From the human T2T-CHM13v2.0 reference genome, Homo sapiens: a stretch of 64,000 nt of DNA. The notes below the pieces were generated by a model, which saw only the letters and a program-made list of their open reading frames with translations, had not been told where the DNA came from and ran no database searches. The first letter of the stretch is position 1. Each line of letters opens with the position of its first letter. Shown here piece by piece: positions 16,405-32,176 of the stretch. A program made the translations under genes and the position numbers. The DNA is taken from the NCBI RefSeq assembly GCF_009914755.1, contig NC_060929.1, one strand, 5' to 3'.

Positions 16405-18142
16405 TGAAAATACGAACATTTTCTGCTGCTTTGAAAATCAGGAATCTCTTGTTTCAAGACTTTGATACACTTGACATGGGCTTTGTTGTTGAGAGCACTA
16501 CAAATGTGTGAGCCACTTTTAAAAGGAACTGCTTTATAAACATAATTTGTAGCTTAATGGCTTCATGGATCCAAATAGTTTAAAATGTTAATAGCTAGAT
16601 GCTGTGGTGTGGGTCCCTATCTGTGACTTTGTGACATTAGTTGTATAAAAAGGTTCTTATAGTAAAATTAGTAGAAAATACTTGTAGTTCTTTTTGTTTT
16701 TCTGGATAACAATAATTATTTTGAAAGTTTCAGCACTGTTTCCTTTGTTCTTTACTGTCCAATTCAACGAGGAAGTTTTATATTGTGTTTAGCTTCCCAG
16801 AAGGATATAGAGTGAGTTAAACCTTCTCACAGCCTCTGTGTAGGTCTTAAGCTGATTCATGCAGACACTAGATTGAGAATTCAGTATATCACGTCAGGAA
16901 AAACAAAATAAGGATGTTTATAAAAGTTAATTTTTTAAATCTAAACTGTTTAGTTTATAGGCCTTTGAAGAAGAGTTTTTGAGATAGATGCTAGACCCAT
17001 AATAATCTATTTGGGACAAATGGAAGAACAAATTTTGTGAATTTTACTTGTTCATAAAAAACTTGAAAATATAGTAGTTAGTCAAAGGTAATACCAGAGT
17101 AGGAAAAAAACTAGCTGCAGAAATCCAAATTGCAAATATACATTGAGGCTTAAGGATAAATCACAGTACTTTGTCCTAGTTTGATTTGTGAACAAAAGAA
17201 GGGTTCACACTGGGAGTAGAATTTATGTTTTTGTACTTAGGTGTTTAAGTGATTAAAAGCTTTTTGTTTGATATATAGACAGGATTTGTCACCAAATTGT
17301 TCAGAATGTAACAGTCATTGTGTAGCAGTTTAAAACAAGTCAAAGCCATTTCTGCTTTCTGTAAAGATGGATGGGCTGTCTTTGTCATCTGCTTTTATGG
17401 ATTTGCCTCCTACTTGCTAAAAGCCCTGTGGCACTCTTATCCCCTAGAGTACACAACCTGGTTTCTTCCATCTCTTGACTGTACTGGAGTTCAAATACAT
17501 TTAGGGACAGAGAAGGGGAGTGAGAAGGAGAAGAAGGGAATGAGAGGCTGGTGGTGGGAGTTGGGGGTGGGGGTGGTGGATAAGAAGGATGGGAGGAATG
17601 AGAAGGTGGGAGGCATAAAGGGTGAGGAGGTGAGAGGGAAGGACAGATTTTTCTGGTTCTCAAATGTCTCTGGAAGTTCCTCAGGGTTTCCTCCTGCCTC
17701 AGCACTTACCATGTGTAGCCTCTAGTCGTTTCTTGGACACTGTGCTTTCCCGTTTGTAACTCAGGTTTGATCAGGCAGTTGGTGAAGACCGTCCCTCTAT
17801 GGGTGTCCCTAGTAGTGTGGGGACATGTTCCCTACTCAGCGCATCCTGTCTGTGCCTGGAGATCCCTAAGTGGGGCCTAGTGTGGGTTGAATCTAAGTAG
17901 TTAACAGGGTTGCGCATTTGCAGGGGCAGCATCTTTCCAGTGAGTGATGTGTTAAATTCCCATGTCTTTGTGCAGTGAAGCAGGACTAAGAATGGATTTC
18001 TGGACTTTTTGGAAGTTTACCCCTTTCTGAATTGCTTCTGTAAGTGGCAGTGCCATTTAGGATGTACTGCATAAGTTTTTGGCTGGGATTTTAGGACTGA
18101 AATACATGTAGGTGGCCATCAAATCAGGGTTTCATTGTATCA

Positions 18143-18707
<565 letters not shown>

Positions 18708-19129
18708 TTCAGTTTTCTGGCTTATCAGTATGTTGATACTCTCTCTTATCTGTTAATTTTTCTTCAATAATTATTTTGATATTAAAAATGATATTTTTAT
18801 AGTATCCCTAGTGTCTGGTACATACTAGACACTCAGATATATTAAATGAATAAATGGATAATACACTAAGCCAATTATTTAATCAAATCAATCAAGACAA
18901 ATGGATAACTCTACATGTATCATGACCCTTTCTAGAAGCAAAAGAAACCAGAGTCTAGGACCTTAGGAACAAGAAGATTGTGACATGAGCTGTTTTATAC
19001 CATAGACAAAATCTCTTTGCATTTTAAACTTGGATCTGATATTAAAGAATGTGTAAATATGCCTCTTTCTTGTGAATTGAAGCCCTTGGAAAAGCACAAG
19101 ACATAAATCTTCTTTGAACTTTCTTTTGA

Positions 19130-19249
<120 letters not shown>

Positions 19250-19343
19250 TAACATAACGTTGAAGGTCAAATAATGAGTTAAAATTTATTGCATAAAAAT
19301 GCTTAACTAGATGCCTCAGCAACCAGAACACTGTGTGCGCGGG

Positions 19344-19345
<2 letters not shown>

Positions 19346-19387
<42 letters not shown>
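19346..19387. repeat. (TG)21 microsatellite
   Basis: Read directly. Confidence 0.95.
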
Positions 19388-19392
<5 letters not shown>

Positions 19393-21193
19393 GTATATAT
19401 GTGCATGTATGTTAGTATTTGAAACAGTTTTTATGGTGGTTTACATTAACATGCTGTGACGAACCATCTGGAGCACTATTAAAAATGTACTCATTTTAGG
19501 AAAATTCTCCTAAGATACTTGAGTTATAATTGCTATAGAGGACATGTACATATTCTCAGTTGATAGAGAATACTTGTCCTGAAAGTGCTTCATGTCCTGG
19601 AGGGACTCAGAGGTCTCATGGTTCAAAGATTCAGGTGGTTCTGAGACATGATCTGTTTATTCTCTTCTATCCCATTATCGCTTTAACTTTATTGTATTTT
19701 TACTTTTTGGAAATGAGAATAGTGGGTCTTTGTTACTGGACCCGTGACTTTAAAAAAGGAAGTTCTTTTTATTTATTATTATTATTATTTAATTCAATCC
19801 TCCAAGACATCAGAAAAAAGAGGGAGTTCTTGAATATCTTTTGGCTTAGTTATTATTTGATTTCATATATCATCTCAGATTTACCTAAACTTGGATAAAT
19901 GTAATTCATATACTTATTTGATAAAAATGTCTTTTAAAAAAATTTTAATTCACCAAACTACTTCAGGAAATAAAATGTTTCCTTAAGAAAAAATATGTTT
20001 AGTATTGCTTTTTCTCTTGAAATAACAGGGTAAAAGTTCTCTTTATTGATGCAGGTAATAGGCAGTTAAGCTCTTTCATACCCTAATTGAGGAAGAATTT
20101 GTCTTTGGTGAAATTTTTTATCAATAAAATTGGTTTCTGTATTCTGCTACTTATTATTACTCCTTCAACTTGATTATAAAATGAGAACAAGAAATTAAAA
20201 GTAACAAAAATAAAAAATCACTTATAATTATACCAGAAATAGCTTTTAGTAACATTTTATTATTTTTTCTTAATAGTTTCCTTTTTTTAAAAAATTGATA
20301 TGCTATATATAGAGAGGTTTTGCATGTTTTCATTTAATAGTATATAGACAGTATTTCTCAAAATATTAGATATTCCTGAAATAATGACTTTTAATGAATA
20401 TATAATATACTTATTTCAATAGAGGAAATGTCAGAGTGAGTCCAAACAAACTCTGCCTGGCTTTATTTGTCAGCTTGGTACAAATAAACCCCAGAGGAGT
20501 TATGTTTGGCCTCAGCCTGACGTTTCATTTGTTGAAATAAGCCCCAAAGGTCTATGTGATTTTCTCATTCTTGTAAACGTAGTCATATTGAAGTCGAGCA
20601 ATTACTTTGCAATTTTGTACCTGACAAGGCATTTCCAGCAGAAGTAAAGAGAAATTCAGATAGACTAAAACATAAAGGAAATGGTTTATAAGAGTTTCCT
20701 AACTCATACAATCTTTAGGGAAGAAATAGTTGTATTTTTGTATCATTAAATAATTTCCTAAACTCAAGGTTAGAAGATTTCTATCACTCATCTAATCTAA
20801 AATCCCATTTATCTGGGGAATGTTGGCAAGGATGATATATTTACTATAATCCTGATGCATTAAAGAATTTCAGATGATCATCAAAATGGAAATGTCATCT
20901 TCATATCCCAGGAGGGTTTATATTCTGGCTTTTCTAAAGTGGAGAGCTAGAGAATTATCATATAGCAGAGTTCAGCAATTCTCATTCGCATCAGTTCTTT
21001 CTTTTCTGTTACTTAAGTTTCACTTGCTGTTTACAGTGTTAGTGATTGACCTCATCCTTGACGCAACAATAGTCTTAGAGCCATGTGCCAGTGATTATAC
21101 AGGTGATTGTGCAAAACTAGTGTAGTACAAACCTACAGTTACATATCCTATTGATAATGGAGTAGCACTGTACTATTACTGTTACTCTTTCTA

Positions 21194-21481
<288 letters not shown>

Positions 21482-21523
21482 TTAATTCCCTTTTAAAAAG
21501 ATTTTTATGTTATTTGCTTATAG

Positions 21524-21590
21524 GGTACTCACTTTGTCCAGTTATGCTGCCAAAGAAATATTCCTCTGCTGTTCCTTCAAAACATTACTG
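21524..21590 (+). CDS. MCCC2: MCCC2 exon 13 (67 nt) GTHFVQLCCQRNIPLLFLQNIT
   Basis: ttatag|GGT...G|gtaaga. Confidence 0.97.
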
Positions 21591-21792
21591 GTAAGAAAAT
21601 AGCTTAATCAGTTTGGTTGTATTGATTCCAGAGCTGTACCATCAGTGTGGCTCATGTATTGGACAGCACACATGTAGACCACTTCATCAGAGCAGGAAGT
21701 TCTACTGGACATGCTCTTTCTGGAGGCCCTTTAAGAGTTAGCACTTTTCTTCATGCATGTTAAATATTCTGAGGAGATTATCCATATTTTCT

Positions 21793-21985
21793 TTCCCCCA
21801 AGTAGCTGGGCCTACAGGCATGTGCCACCATGCCTGGTTAATTTTTGTATTTTTGTAAGACGTAGTTTCACCCAGACCATGTTGCCCAGACTGGCCTCAA
21901 ACTCCTGAGCTCAAGCAATCTGCCCGCCTTGTTCTCCCAAAGTGCTGATACTACAGACATGAGCCACGAGCCACCACACCTTGCT
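21793..21985 (-). mobile_element. Tailless Alu with 17-bp TSD gattatccatattttct
   Basis: Direct repeats at 21776-21792 and 21986-22002. Confidence 0.9.
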
Positions 21986-22759
21986 GATTATCCATATTTT
22001 CTAAGTGAAGCTATTTCTGAGTTATGTACCTGATCAGCATTCACATGGCCACCCTTTACTCCTGTGTGTGCACAGCCACACACCCAGAAAGCAGCAGGAG
22101 CATGATCTGATCACTGCAGAGAGCATCATGCTTTTCCTAGGACCCTTTTCCTCCTCAAGATTTCAGGCACGTGCTACGGTCTTCCCTTTTATTGTACAGT
22201 TAATTCAACTTAAGTAACATCATTTTAAAATGTATGTGTATACCCTGAACCAAAGTCTGGGGATTTGAGTTTTGGCCCCAAAGAATGGTATGACCAAAGT
22301 GAGATATGTCACCTCTCTGGACTTTACTCCAGAGATGACCTTAACATGGTGGATAAATTGATTTTTAAGGTCTGTTACGGTTGAAGAGTGAATTCTCTGA
22401 TTCTCTGGTATCCTTCATTATATGTTGCAGAGTGTCTGAGATATACAGGGCACTCAGATATGTTGGTTAGCAGAAAACAGCCTCCCCCATCCCAGGCTAC
22501 CTCAGCTTCAAAGGAAGGAGAGGCTCTTAGTACTTGTTGGGATCATGCAAGCCTCTTTGAGAAGGAAGAGTCAGGCTCTTGGCAGTCAACAGGGCTTGAA
22601 ATAGTACTGGTGCTAAAGCATCTTCATCCTGTGAGCTACTTAGGTTCATGATATTTGGTTAGATGAATGTTGAGAGAAGTTATATCCAAATGGCAGCCTA
22701 AGAGGGTCCTGCATGGTAACTTATGTAAAAGGGCAGATAGAAAGGATTCTGAAGCCTAA

Positions 22760-23700
22760 CTATACCAGAGTTCTTGTTTTTAATAATGATTCCTGGATTG
22801 TTAACCACCAGGCAGTTAAAACTCTGTGGTTTGAAGATATCTACATTTTTGTTTTGTTTTGTTTTGGCCCTGTTGGGTTGAGTTTAGTTTTTCAGCATTG
22901 CATTTGAGGTTCCTGTGGGATATTCACCTGGAGGCATATAGTGGGCAGGTGAATAAGTCTCAGCACAGGAGAGGTGTTTTAGGTAGAGATGCAAATGTAG
23001 ACATCATCAGAATATGGAGGTAATTTTAAAGCTGTGGGAATAGATAAGAACCCCCCTGAGAGAAGAGAAGAAGGTTCAGTGACAGTCTTCGAGTACCTCT
23101 GATTTTTTCCTTTTTCTTCAAGAGTAAAGGAAGATGGGGAGCATGATTATGCAGTTTTCTTAAGATTGGAAGAAGAAGGATTTGAGAAAGCGAAGTGAGA
23201 TGCCTCACTCTTCTTTTTGAAGGCAGGATCCCCTCCAGAGAATAGAGGGATGGTGGGTCGGGTTGGGTGGGGTGAGAACTTGAAGACAGCTGATATTTGA
23301 AGTAGGTATGGTGGGAATGTTACAATGGAGTCAAGGCTGGGGAGATTGAGGAGTTTCTGAGCTTTTCTGAGGGTCCAGCTGAGTAGGATAGCTGCAGGAA
23401 GCAGATGGTGCCAAGTAAAGGGCTGTGCTGCCATTCCTGTGGTGACTGCAGAAGGCACACGTGCTCTGGAGGAACTGGTTGGGTTGAATTGGATGACCAG
23501 ATACTGGAGTTTGGCAAACCAGGGATAGTGGCAGTCAATGAGGCAGGTGAGTCTGCAGGCCCACAGATGGAAGAAATGCCTTTGCTGGAGACTTGCGGGG
23601 TAAGGAGACAAGCGAAGCCCAACTCAGTGTTATAAGGCAGAGAAAGAGGAACCCAAGTTCTGGAAGGCAGTGAAGTTGCAGAGCAGCCTCCACAGAGCTA
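22760..23700 (-). mobile_element. L2 remnants
   Basis: ttgaggttcctgtgggatattc...catcatcagaatatggaggtaattttaaagctgtgggaatagataag, typical of antisense L2. Confidence 0.6.
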
Positions 23701-23987
23701 GGGGCTTGAAGAAATAGAAGGATCCTCTATTGAAATGGAAAAATAGTTTTTTTTTAACCTTGCTATTGAGTCACTGGCAGGGACTGTTAGCATCTCTATG
23801 AAACATTCATCTTTATGTCTTCAAAGTTTCAAAGCATCACTTTAGAAAGAACAGTCTGTTTTAAAACCAGGTCAGTGAAAGCTAAAGCCCTCATAGTTAG
23901 GCTCATCACAGCACTTTGTCCTTAACTAGCCATGTCACATTCTTTTCAGCATCAAGCTGCTTCTTTGACATCATCTCCTTTTTAAAA

Positions 23988-24127
23988 TTTTTATTTATTT
24001 ATTTTTAAATAGAGGTAGGGTCTCGCTTTGTTGCCCAGGCTGGTCTCAAACACCTGGCCTCAACTGATCCTCCCGCTTAGGCTTCCCAAATTGTTGGTAT
24101 TATGGGGGTGAGTCACTGCACCCAGCC
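23988..24127 (-). mobile_element. Alu monomer (FLAM-like)
   Basis: Antisense left monomer flanked by atcatctc repeats. Confidence 0.85.
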
Positions 24128-24369
24128 AAGATCATCTCTTGAAGATAGATTGCATCCTCATATTGTTTGAAGGTTTCTGTGTGCATCCAGATGAACTGCT
24201 TTAAGAAAATTTAGAAAGTGATTAGAGAAAATTTTATTTTATCCTTTTAAAGCAAACTTTTTAACGGTATGTTTCACATATAAACATTTTCTTAAGGCGA
24301 GAGGCATTTAGTAAGATGAGTTTAGTAAAACAAGATGTCCTTTTGGTGGAATTGCGTTCCGCATATTAA

Positions 24370-24567
<198 letters not shown>

Positions 24568-24719
24568 TAGGTGTCATGATTTTCTCTGAAACAAAGAAAC
24601 ATGCTTCAAGTATAAAATACATGGTCAGTTTATTTCAGGTGTATTTGAAATATAGAATGCCATTCCCAGATCTCAATCAATTATACCGTAATTTGTATCA
24701 TTTGGAGGGGTGAAATGAA

Positions 24720-25300
24720 ATTTAATGCCAAAGGTGTTATTTGGAAGAAATCTACAATGGGAGTCAAGAAATACTTGAAATGGCTGATAATGAAAATGCC
24801 ACACATTAAGATTTGTGCAGTGCAGCTAAAGTCTGGCTCTGAGAAAGGTATGTAGCCTTAAAGGCATATACGGGAAAAGAAGCAAGACTGCAAGTCAGTG
24901 AGCTAAGCCTTCATCTGTGGGAAGTTCAAAGAACAGCACGTTAAACCCGTGACAAATAGAAAGGACATAATGAAGAGCAGACATCAGATAGAAGAATCAG
25001 TATAGCCCAAAGTTGTTTGGTTTGAAAGTTCAACAAACTTGATAATCTTATGCTTAAACTAAAAAATAAAGAGAGACAGCACATATAACCACTATCAGGA
25101 ATGGAAAAAAGGACATGACTGTAGATCATGAGAGGATATTATGAACGCTTTTATACCCAGAATTACATGGAGAACTTAGAAGTCCCATCTGTGCTCAGGA
25201 CCCTCCTCTGGAGTCTAGTCTGGGGTGTGTTCCAGGCATTTGTATATTTGTGAAAGCTCTACAGATGATTGTAATGTGCAGCCAGAATCAGGAACCACTA
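24720..25300 (+). mobile_element. Old L1M ORF2 remnant (~24720-25165) followed by a MER5-type fragment
   Basis: aaatacttgaaatggctgataatgaaaa...gcagctaaag, L1-like; gatgattgtaatgtgcagccag...ggaaccact, MER5-like. Confidence 0.65.
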
Positions 25301-25381
25301 ATTTAAAAGGCAAACATGGGCCTCTGAAAATCTATGTTGTATATTGACTTAATTTGTTTATTCTTCCTTTTCTTCCCCCAG

Positions 25382-25496
25382 CCCAAGATTTCTCTACATT
25401 TGGCCAAATGCTCGTATCTCAGTGATGGGAGGAGAGCAGGCAGCCAATGTGTTGGCCACGATAACAAAGGACCAAAGAGCCCGGGAAGGAAAGCAG
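25382..25496 (+). CDS. MCCC2: MCCC2 exon 15 (115 nt) [39 protein letters not shown]
   Basis: ccccag|C...CAG|gtcggt; [10 protein letters not shown] motif. Confidence 0.97.
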
Positions 25497-25762
25497 GTCG
25501 GTGTCGTTTTCTCTTGTTTCTCTCTGGTTTTGCCTCTCACCATAAACACCCTGGAGCCAAGGAGCAGCGTGCCTGGAAGCCCTTGGTGTTCATGGCTGCG
25601 GACCTGGCACACACTGCCTGGCCATATTTAGACTGTGCTGCCCTGGAAGTTGTTCCAGCAAATCACATGATTTCTGTCCTTTATCTTTTTAAAGCCATTT
25701 CATTTGGGGTACTTTCTTTGTGGCCATTTAAAATTGTTTCAGAATTTCCAAGAAAACACTTT

Positions 25763-26410
<648 letters not shown>

Positions 26411-27981
26411 TGACAGTAAGTATCTGAGGCATAAAGATGTTTGATTCTTAGTCATTTGTACTTAGTGAGATTTAAATAAGTCTGATGTACTACTTTGATT
26501 TTATGACCAAAAGCAGCAGAATTTTGTTCTTTCTATTTTACTTTTAGATTGTTGTTAAGGATACCCTGAGTGGGAGGGCTCCGTCATCTATTGAGAATTG
26601 AATAACATTATCCTGTGTATAAATGAAGAAAAATGGAAAGGGCAGTGGAAACTTGATGAAAGGCAGATCAGCAAGCGGCTGCTTTTAAAATGAATTCTTT
26701 TGTTTGTGTCTCTGTTGGAGATTGTTTGAAATTTTGCATTAATTTTTATTAGTTACAACTTTTAACTCCTGCGTAAGCACCAAGTACGAAGATGATGGTT
26801 GTGTGTTCCTGAAGTTGCTTAGGTACACTGTTGTCTCATTATGGGAAGGGATGGAATGGAGGGAGCCCTGTCTGCTCTGTGCAGGAATCATCAGGTCTTC
26901 CACCTAGATTGTGGAGTGAGGTACTGCCTCCCTGAATGCATCCATCCATGCCTCACATCCCTAGTTGTCTTTTCCAAGCACTCGGAACTCTGGAGACTTA
27001 CATTGAGGTTTCAGATTCACTTTAGTACCTACTAGTATCAAAGGAAACAGATAGCTTTGCTTTTGTGCGAGTGGTTGGGGTGTGGGTGTGTGGGTGGGGG
27101 AGGTGAGATATGAAATTCTACCTGATACTTCAAAGACATGTCTGAAACTCTATGAAGCCTAGCATGGTGATCTCTTATTAAGTAGTTGTTCTTTGATTAC
27201 TTCAATATACAGATACTTGAATTCATTCATTTTTATACAGGAAAGGAAAGCACAGTGTGTTAATGGTTCTCCCTCAGAATTCGTGACCTAGAAAATGATA
27301 TTAAGGTATTAGCATATTTACGTAAAAGAAGGTAGAGTTTATTTGAAATAAGTCTTTGTTTCTGCTGTCGAGTTGCTTTTTGAGTTGAAAGTATTTTTCA
27401 GGGTTTCAAATTAAGTTCTGAAGATTTTTACATCTGAATTAATTATCACTTGATCCTTGTAATACTGATGGGAAGGCTGTGAAATTCTTAATTAGGGGAA
27501 AATATCTCTCAGTTCTCTGGGAACTTGACTGAAAAGGTTATTCAAGATTTGGTTGGTATTTTACCCCTTTAAGCTTAAACATTTAAGCTTAAGTTTTAAA
27601 TTTTGGCTATTTTAAATGAGAATCTCATACTTTTCCACATTCTTAACTGGAGGTTGCTAAGTGTAATGCAGCCCTTTTGTTGGGTTGTATAATTCACATC
27701 TATTATTGTACCTTGCTGTGATACACAGTACCCTGGGCTTTCACCTTATGTGAAATAGCCTCAGGATATTGTCTCTGTTAGGAGAGATGGGATGGGGCAC
27801 TAACTTGATACTCATGTCTTAGCGTGTATGTTAATGATCACTTGTAATTTATACATCACTATGCACATGTGAGATGTAACATTATTATTCATGACATCTG
27901 TTGTTTCTTTTGAATTGAGATGATCTAAACAGGGCCAGTTGTTCACTGAAGCTGACTTACTCATGGCCTCTTTTCCTTTAG

Positions 27982-28086
<105 letters not shown>

Positions 28087-28880
28087 TAACTCTCTGATGG
28101 GTGCAGATGGCAGTCAGAGGAACAGCTTTACAGAGCTCTATGTAGTTGAGATGGTCCAGCATTCATAGGAACTGGAAAATAACATTTGGACACACTTAAT
28201 TTTGTACTGTTGTTTCTTTACAATCTGAATGGCTACTGCTGAAATGCCACCCCTCCTCCCAGCATCCCTGCACTGTGGACTCACCACCAGTGGTCTGATT
28301 CTCGCTTCCCTTGTCTTCCCCCTAGTTGAGGTGTCTGGGGCCTGGAGGGGTCCTGCAGCCCAAGGTGGGCCATGTTAGGAGCCGAGAATAAGTTATAAGC
28401 TTGGCTGTGTTACTTCAGAAGTTCTAATTTTTGCTTAAAAACCCCTCTCCTTGATCATTTTGTTTTTACCCCATTTTAAACATGAGATTGGTTGAACACT
28501 TACTGGCATTTGTTGACAAGTATGCTTGTATGTTTGAAAGGTGATTAGTCACTGCCAGGGTCTGTGTGTCGGCGCCAAATAATTACCTCACAGACCATTG
28601 CCGCTGTTGGCTCGGTTTTTTTCTTACACCACTTAATGAGGTAATAAATTATCATGCCTGTCCCAGCTGAAGACCTGCTGGTGCCTGCTTTCACATCTTT
28701 CTTCAACAACTTTAGTGTTCTGCATTCCGAAGACTAATCTAAGCTTCATGTCTTCCTTTCATCCCTTGGGCAGATGGAAAAAAGAAAGTAACTCTTTCTG
28801 CATCTTGTAAAATTAGCTTATGTTGTAATTTATGCTGGCGAAGGCAAACTGGAGAGGAGAGGGGAGAGAAAAGAAAATCA

Positions 28881-29180
28881 GGCCAGGCACAGTGGCTCAC
28901 ACTTATAATCCCAGCATTTTGAGAGGCCAGGGCGGGCAGATTGCTTGAGCCCAGGAGTTCGAAACTAGCGGGGCAACATGGTGAGACCCAGTCTCTACAA
29001 AAAATATACAAAAATTAGCCAGGCGTGATGGTGTGCACCTGTAGTCCCAGCTACTCAGAAGGCTGAGGCAAGCAGATCAGTTGAACCTGGGAGGTCAAGG
29101 CTGCAGTGAGCCGAGATCATGCCACTGTGCTCCAACCTGGGTGACAGAACAAGGCCCTATCTCAAAAAAAAAAAAAAAAG
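28881..29180 (+). mobile_element. Alu (J-like)
   Basis: Full sense Alu. Confidence 0.93.
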
Positions 29181-29305
29181 CAAAAGTTAGAGTCCATTAC
29201 AATCATTTGAATGGTTCCTTGGTGGATACAAAGACAAAACATACTGATTTTCAAGAACATAATTAGTTTGAGGAGATAAATAATACCATTTGGGTGTGTG
29301 TATGT

Positions 29306-29612
29306 GTTTTTGTTTTTGTTTTCTTTAAAGACAGAGTCTCACTCTGTTGCCCAGTTTGGAGTGCAGTGACGTGATCTCAGCTCACTGCAATCTCTGCCTC
29401 CCGGACTCAAGCAATCCTCTTGCGTCGGCCTCCAAAGCTGGGACTACAGACATGTGCCACCACACCTGGCTAATTTTTTTGTATTTTTTGTAGAGATGGG
29501 GTTTCACCATGTTGGCCAGGCTGGTCTTGAATGCCTGAGCTCAAGTGATCCTGCCTCGGCCTCCCAAAGTGCTTGGATTACAGGCGTGAGCCACCTGTAA
29601 TCGTGGCTGGCC
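29306..29612 (-). mobile_element. Alu (J/S-like)
   Basis: Full antisense Alu. Confidence 0.93.
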
Positions 29613-30111
29613 AATATTTGGGAATTTTTAAAGGTTTTTTGCTGAATATATATTTTTACAAACAAATTTACAGGTATATTTTATTGTGGTGGTTTGATTC
29701 ATTTAATTAAGAACAAAATATTTTATAGTCTTTGAGAGCTAAACATGTTCCTGATTTTATCATCGTGTAAACAGACATATAGTAGCCAGTAAATGGAAAG
29801 AAGCAATAGAAAGCCGTATAAGAGGTTTGAGATGAAATATAAAATATATATTGTTAAGCTTTTCTATAGTTTTTTTTTTCCACATAAGATTTTGACTGAA
29901 ATACACAGGGACAGCTGAAATATTAAAGTTTGAAAAATTGTGTATTTTGTGTGAGCTGTTAGCTTGTTTTTCAGCCCTGGCTAAGATAAATCATCTCTTG
30001 AGAAAGATTGCATCTTTTATTATTTTCATACTAACATTATTATTATTTTTTAATGGATTACATTCAAGGCAGAAGAGTAAATGGCCCAGAGAGACTTATC
30101 TTTGGAAATAA

Positions 30112-30452
<341 letters not shown>

Positions 30453-31244
30453 TAGATGTTTAACCCTTCTGTTGAAACAGCTGGTGGCATGGAGACAGCA
30501 GCTTTCTTTCAAAGCTGAAAGGATTTCCAAGCCAGTTTATGGTACCTTCCTTGGGTTTAGTAAATCTCAGCTTCACAGTAAAATTCCCTGGCCTGCTTAG
30601 GTTTGAACATGGCTAGATCTGTCTTTTCAGAGACAGAGCTTGTTATTATCAGTTACTGAAACCTACAATGTTTTCCTTAATCCTAATAGGTTACATATGT
30701 AGCGTGCCAATTTGCTTGTGCTCAGTTGTTTTTATAATCAAACTTTTATCCGGCATTTCATTAGTGCCTCTTACCTGGGGCAGTCTTTTTAATGAACATT
30801 ATTAAGCAGCCCCTTCATCACCATGCTTGCTGTGCTGCAGGCTTCAGAGGGAGTGTAATCAATTCACCTGGTTGCAGATGACAAGAGTGGCTTTCTTTTT
30901 ATTGGGTGTTGATACTTTAGGGTCCCTATTATGAATGTTTTATGAGCAAAGGTTTGATTCATGTCTGTCAATGTAAGAATGGTTTAATAGTTGATGCCAG
31001 GTTCAGATACCGAAGGGAGTTTATATAAAAAAAGCAAACTGCCACCTACTAATAACCTTTAAAAAGTAATATTTCTCAGTCATTTTTCGTTATACATTTG
31101 AGGTTGTCAATGAGAAGGAAACTAAAATTTCTACTTAAAAGTTTCTTCTGCAAGCAGTTTAAAGTTATTGTTTTTCCTATTGTAGCAAAAAATAAAGACC
31201 TACATTTGAAGGTATCTATTTTATTAATAAAATGTACTGAAGCT

Positions 31245-31556
31245 GGCCGGGTGTGGTGGCTCACGCCTGTAATCGCAGCACTTTGGGAGGCTGAGGTGGG
31301 CGGATCACCTGAGGTCAGGAGTTCAAAACTGGCCTGGCCAACATGGCGAAACCCCGTCTCTTCTACAAATACAAAAATTAGCCAAGTGTGGTAGCGCACT
31401 CCTGTAATACCAGCTTCTAGGGAGGCTGAGGCAGGAGAATTGCTTGAACCCAGAGGGCGGAGATTGCAGTGAACTGAGATCGTGCCACTGCACTGCACTC
31501 CAGCCTGGGTGACAGAGCGAGACTCCATCTCAAAAATAATAATAATAATAAATAAG
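31245..31556 (+). mobile_element. Alu (Sx-like), TSD ataaaatgtactgaagc
   Basis: 17-bp direct repeats at 31227-31243 and 31557-31573. Confidence 0.95.
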
Positions 31557-32031
31557 ATAAAATGTACTGAAGCCTATTCAATAATTTTCATAGTTTCTTA
31601 AGAGTTTGGATGGGGGTTGGGGAATATACATTTTCCAGTAAAGTTTGAGGTTATTACCTGGGTATATGTGGTTCTGCATATTAATGACAGAATACACCAA
31701 CTTGGCTTATATATTTGTGTGGGAAGAAAAGGAATAGGAAAATTTTTCCTGAAATAAGTAAACGTATTGTCAAATTAGGGGTTACTTTGAGATCTCTTAT
31801 AAAAGTAGTTCCTTAAGCCTTAAGCCTGACATGACATTCTGTGGTGGCCTGGGATGAAGGTCATATCATTTTTTTCCACGTTTTCCCCCTCTGTCTTGAA
31901 CGTAGTTTCTGTTGTGAGATTATGGTACATGGATGCTAATCAGTAGATCCATATATTACCTGAAGGAAAACTTCCTTGGCATTTCTGCACGTGGAGAGTG
32001 TATAAATGGTAGTTTGGTGGTAAATTCATAA

Positions 32032-32172
<141 letters not shown>

Positions 32173-32176
32173 CTGG

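Noticed and set aside
23147-23635. Overlapping 154/100/76-aa ORFs
   Set aside because: Lie in degenerate L2-like intronic sequence with no motifs
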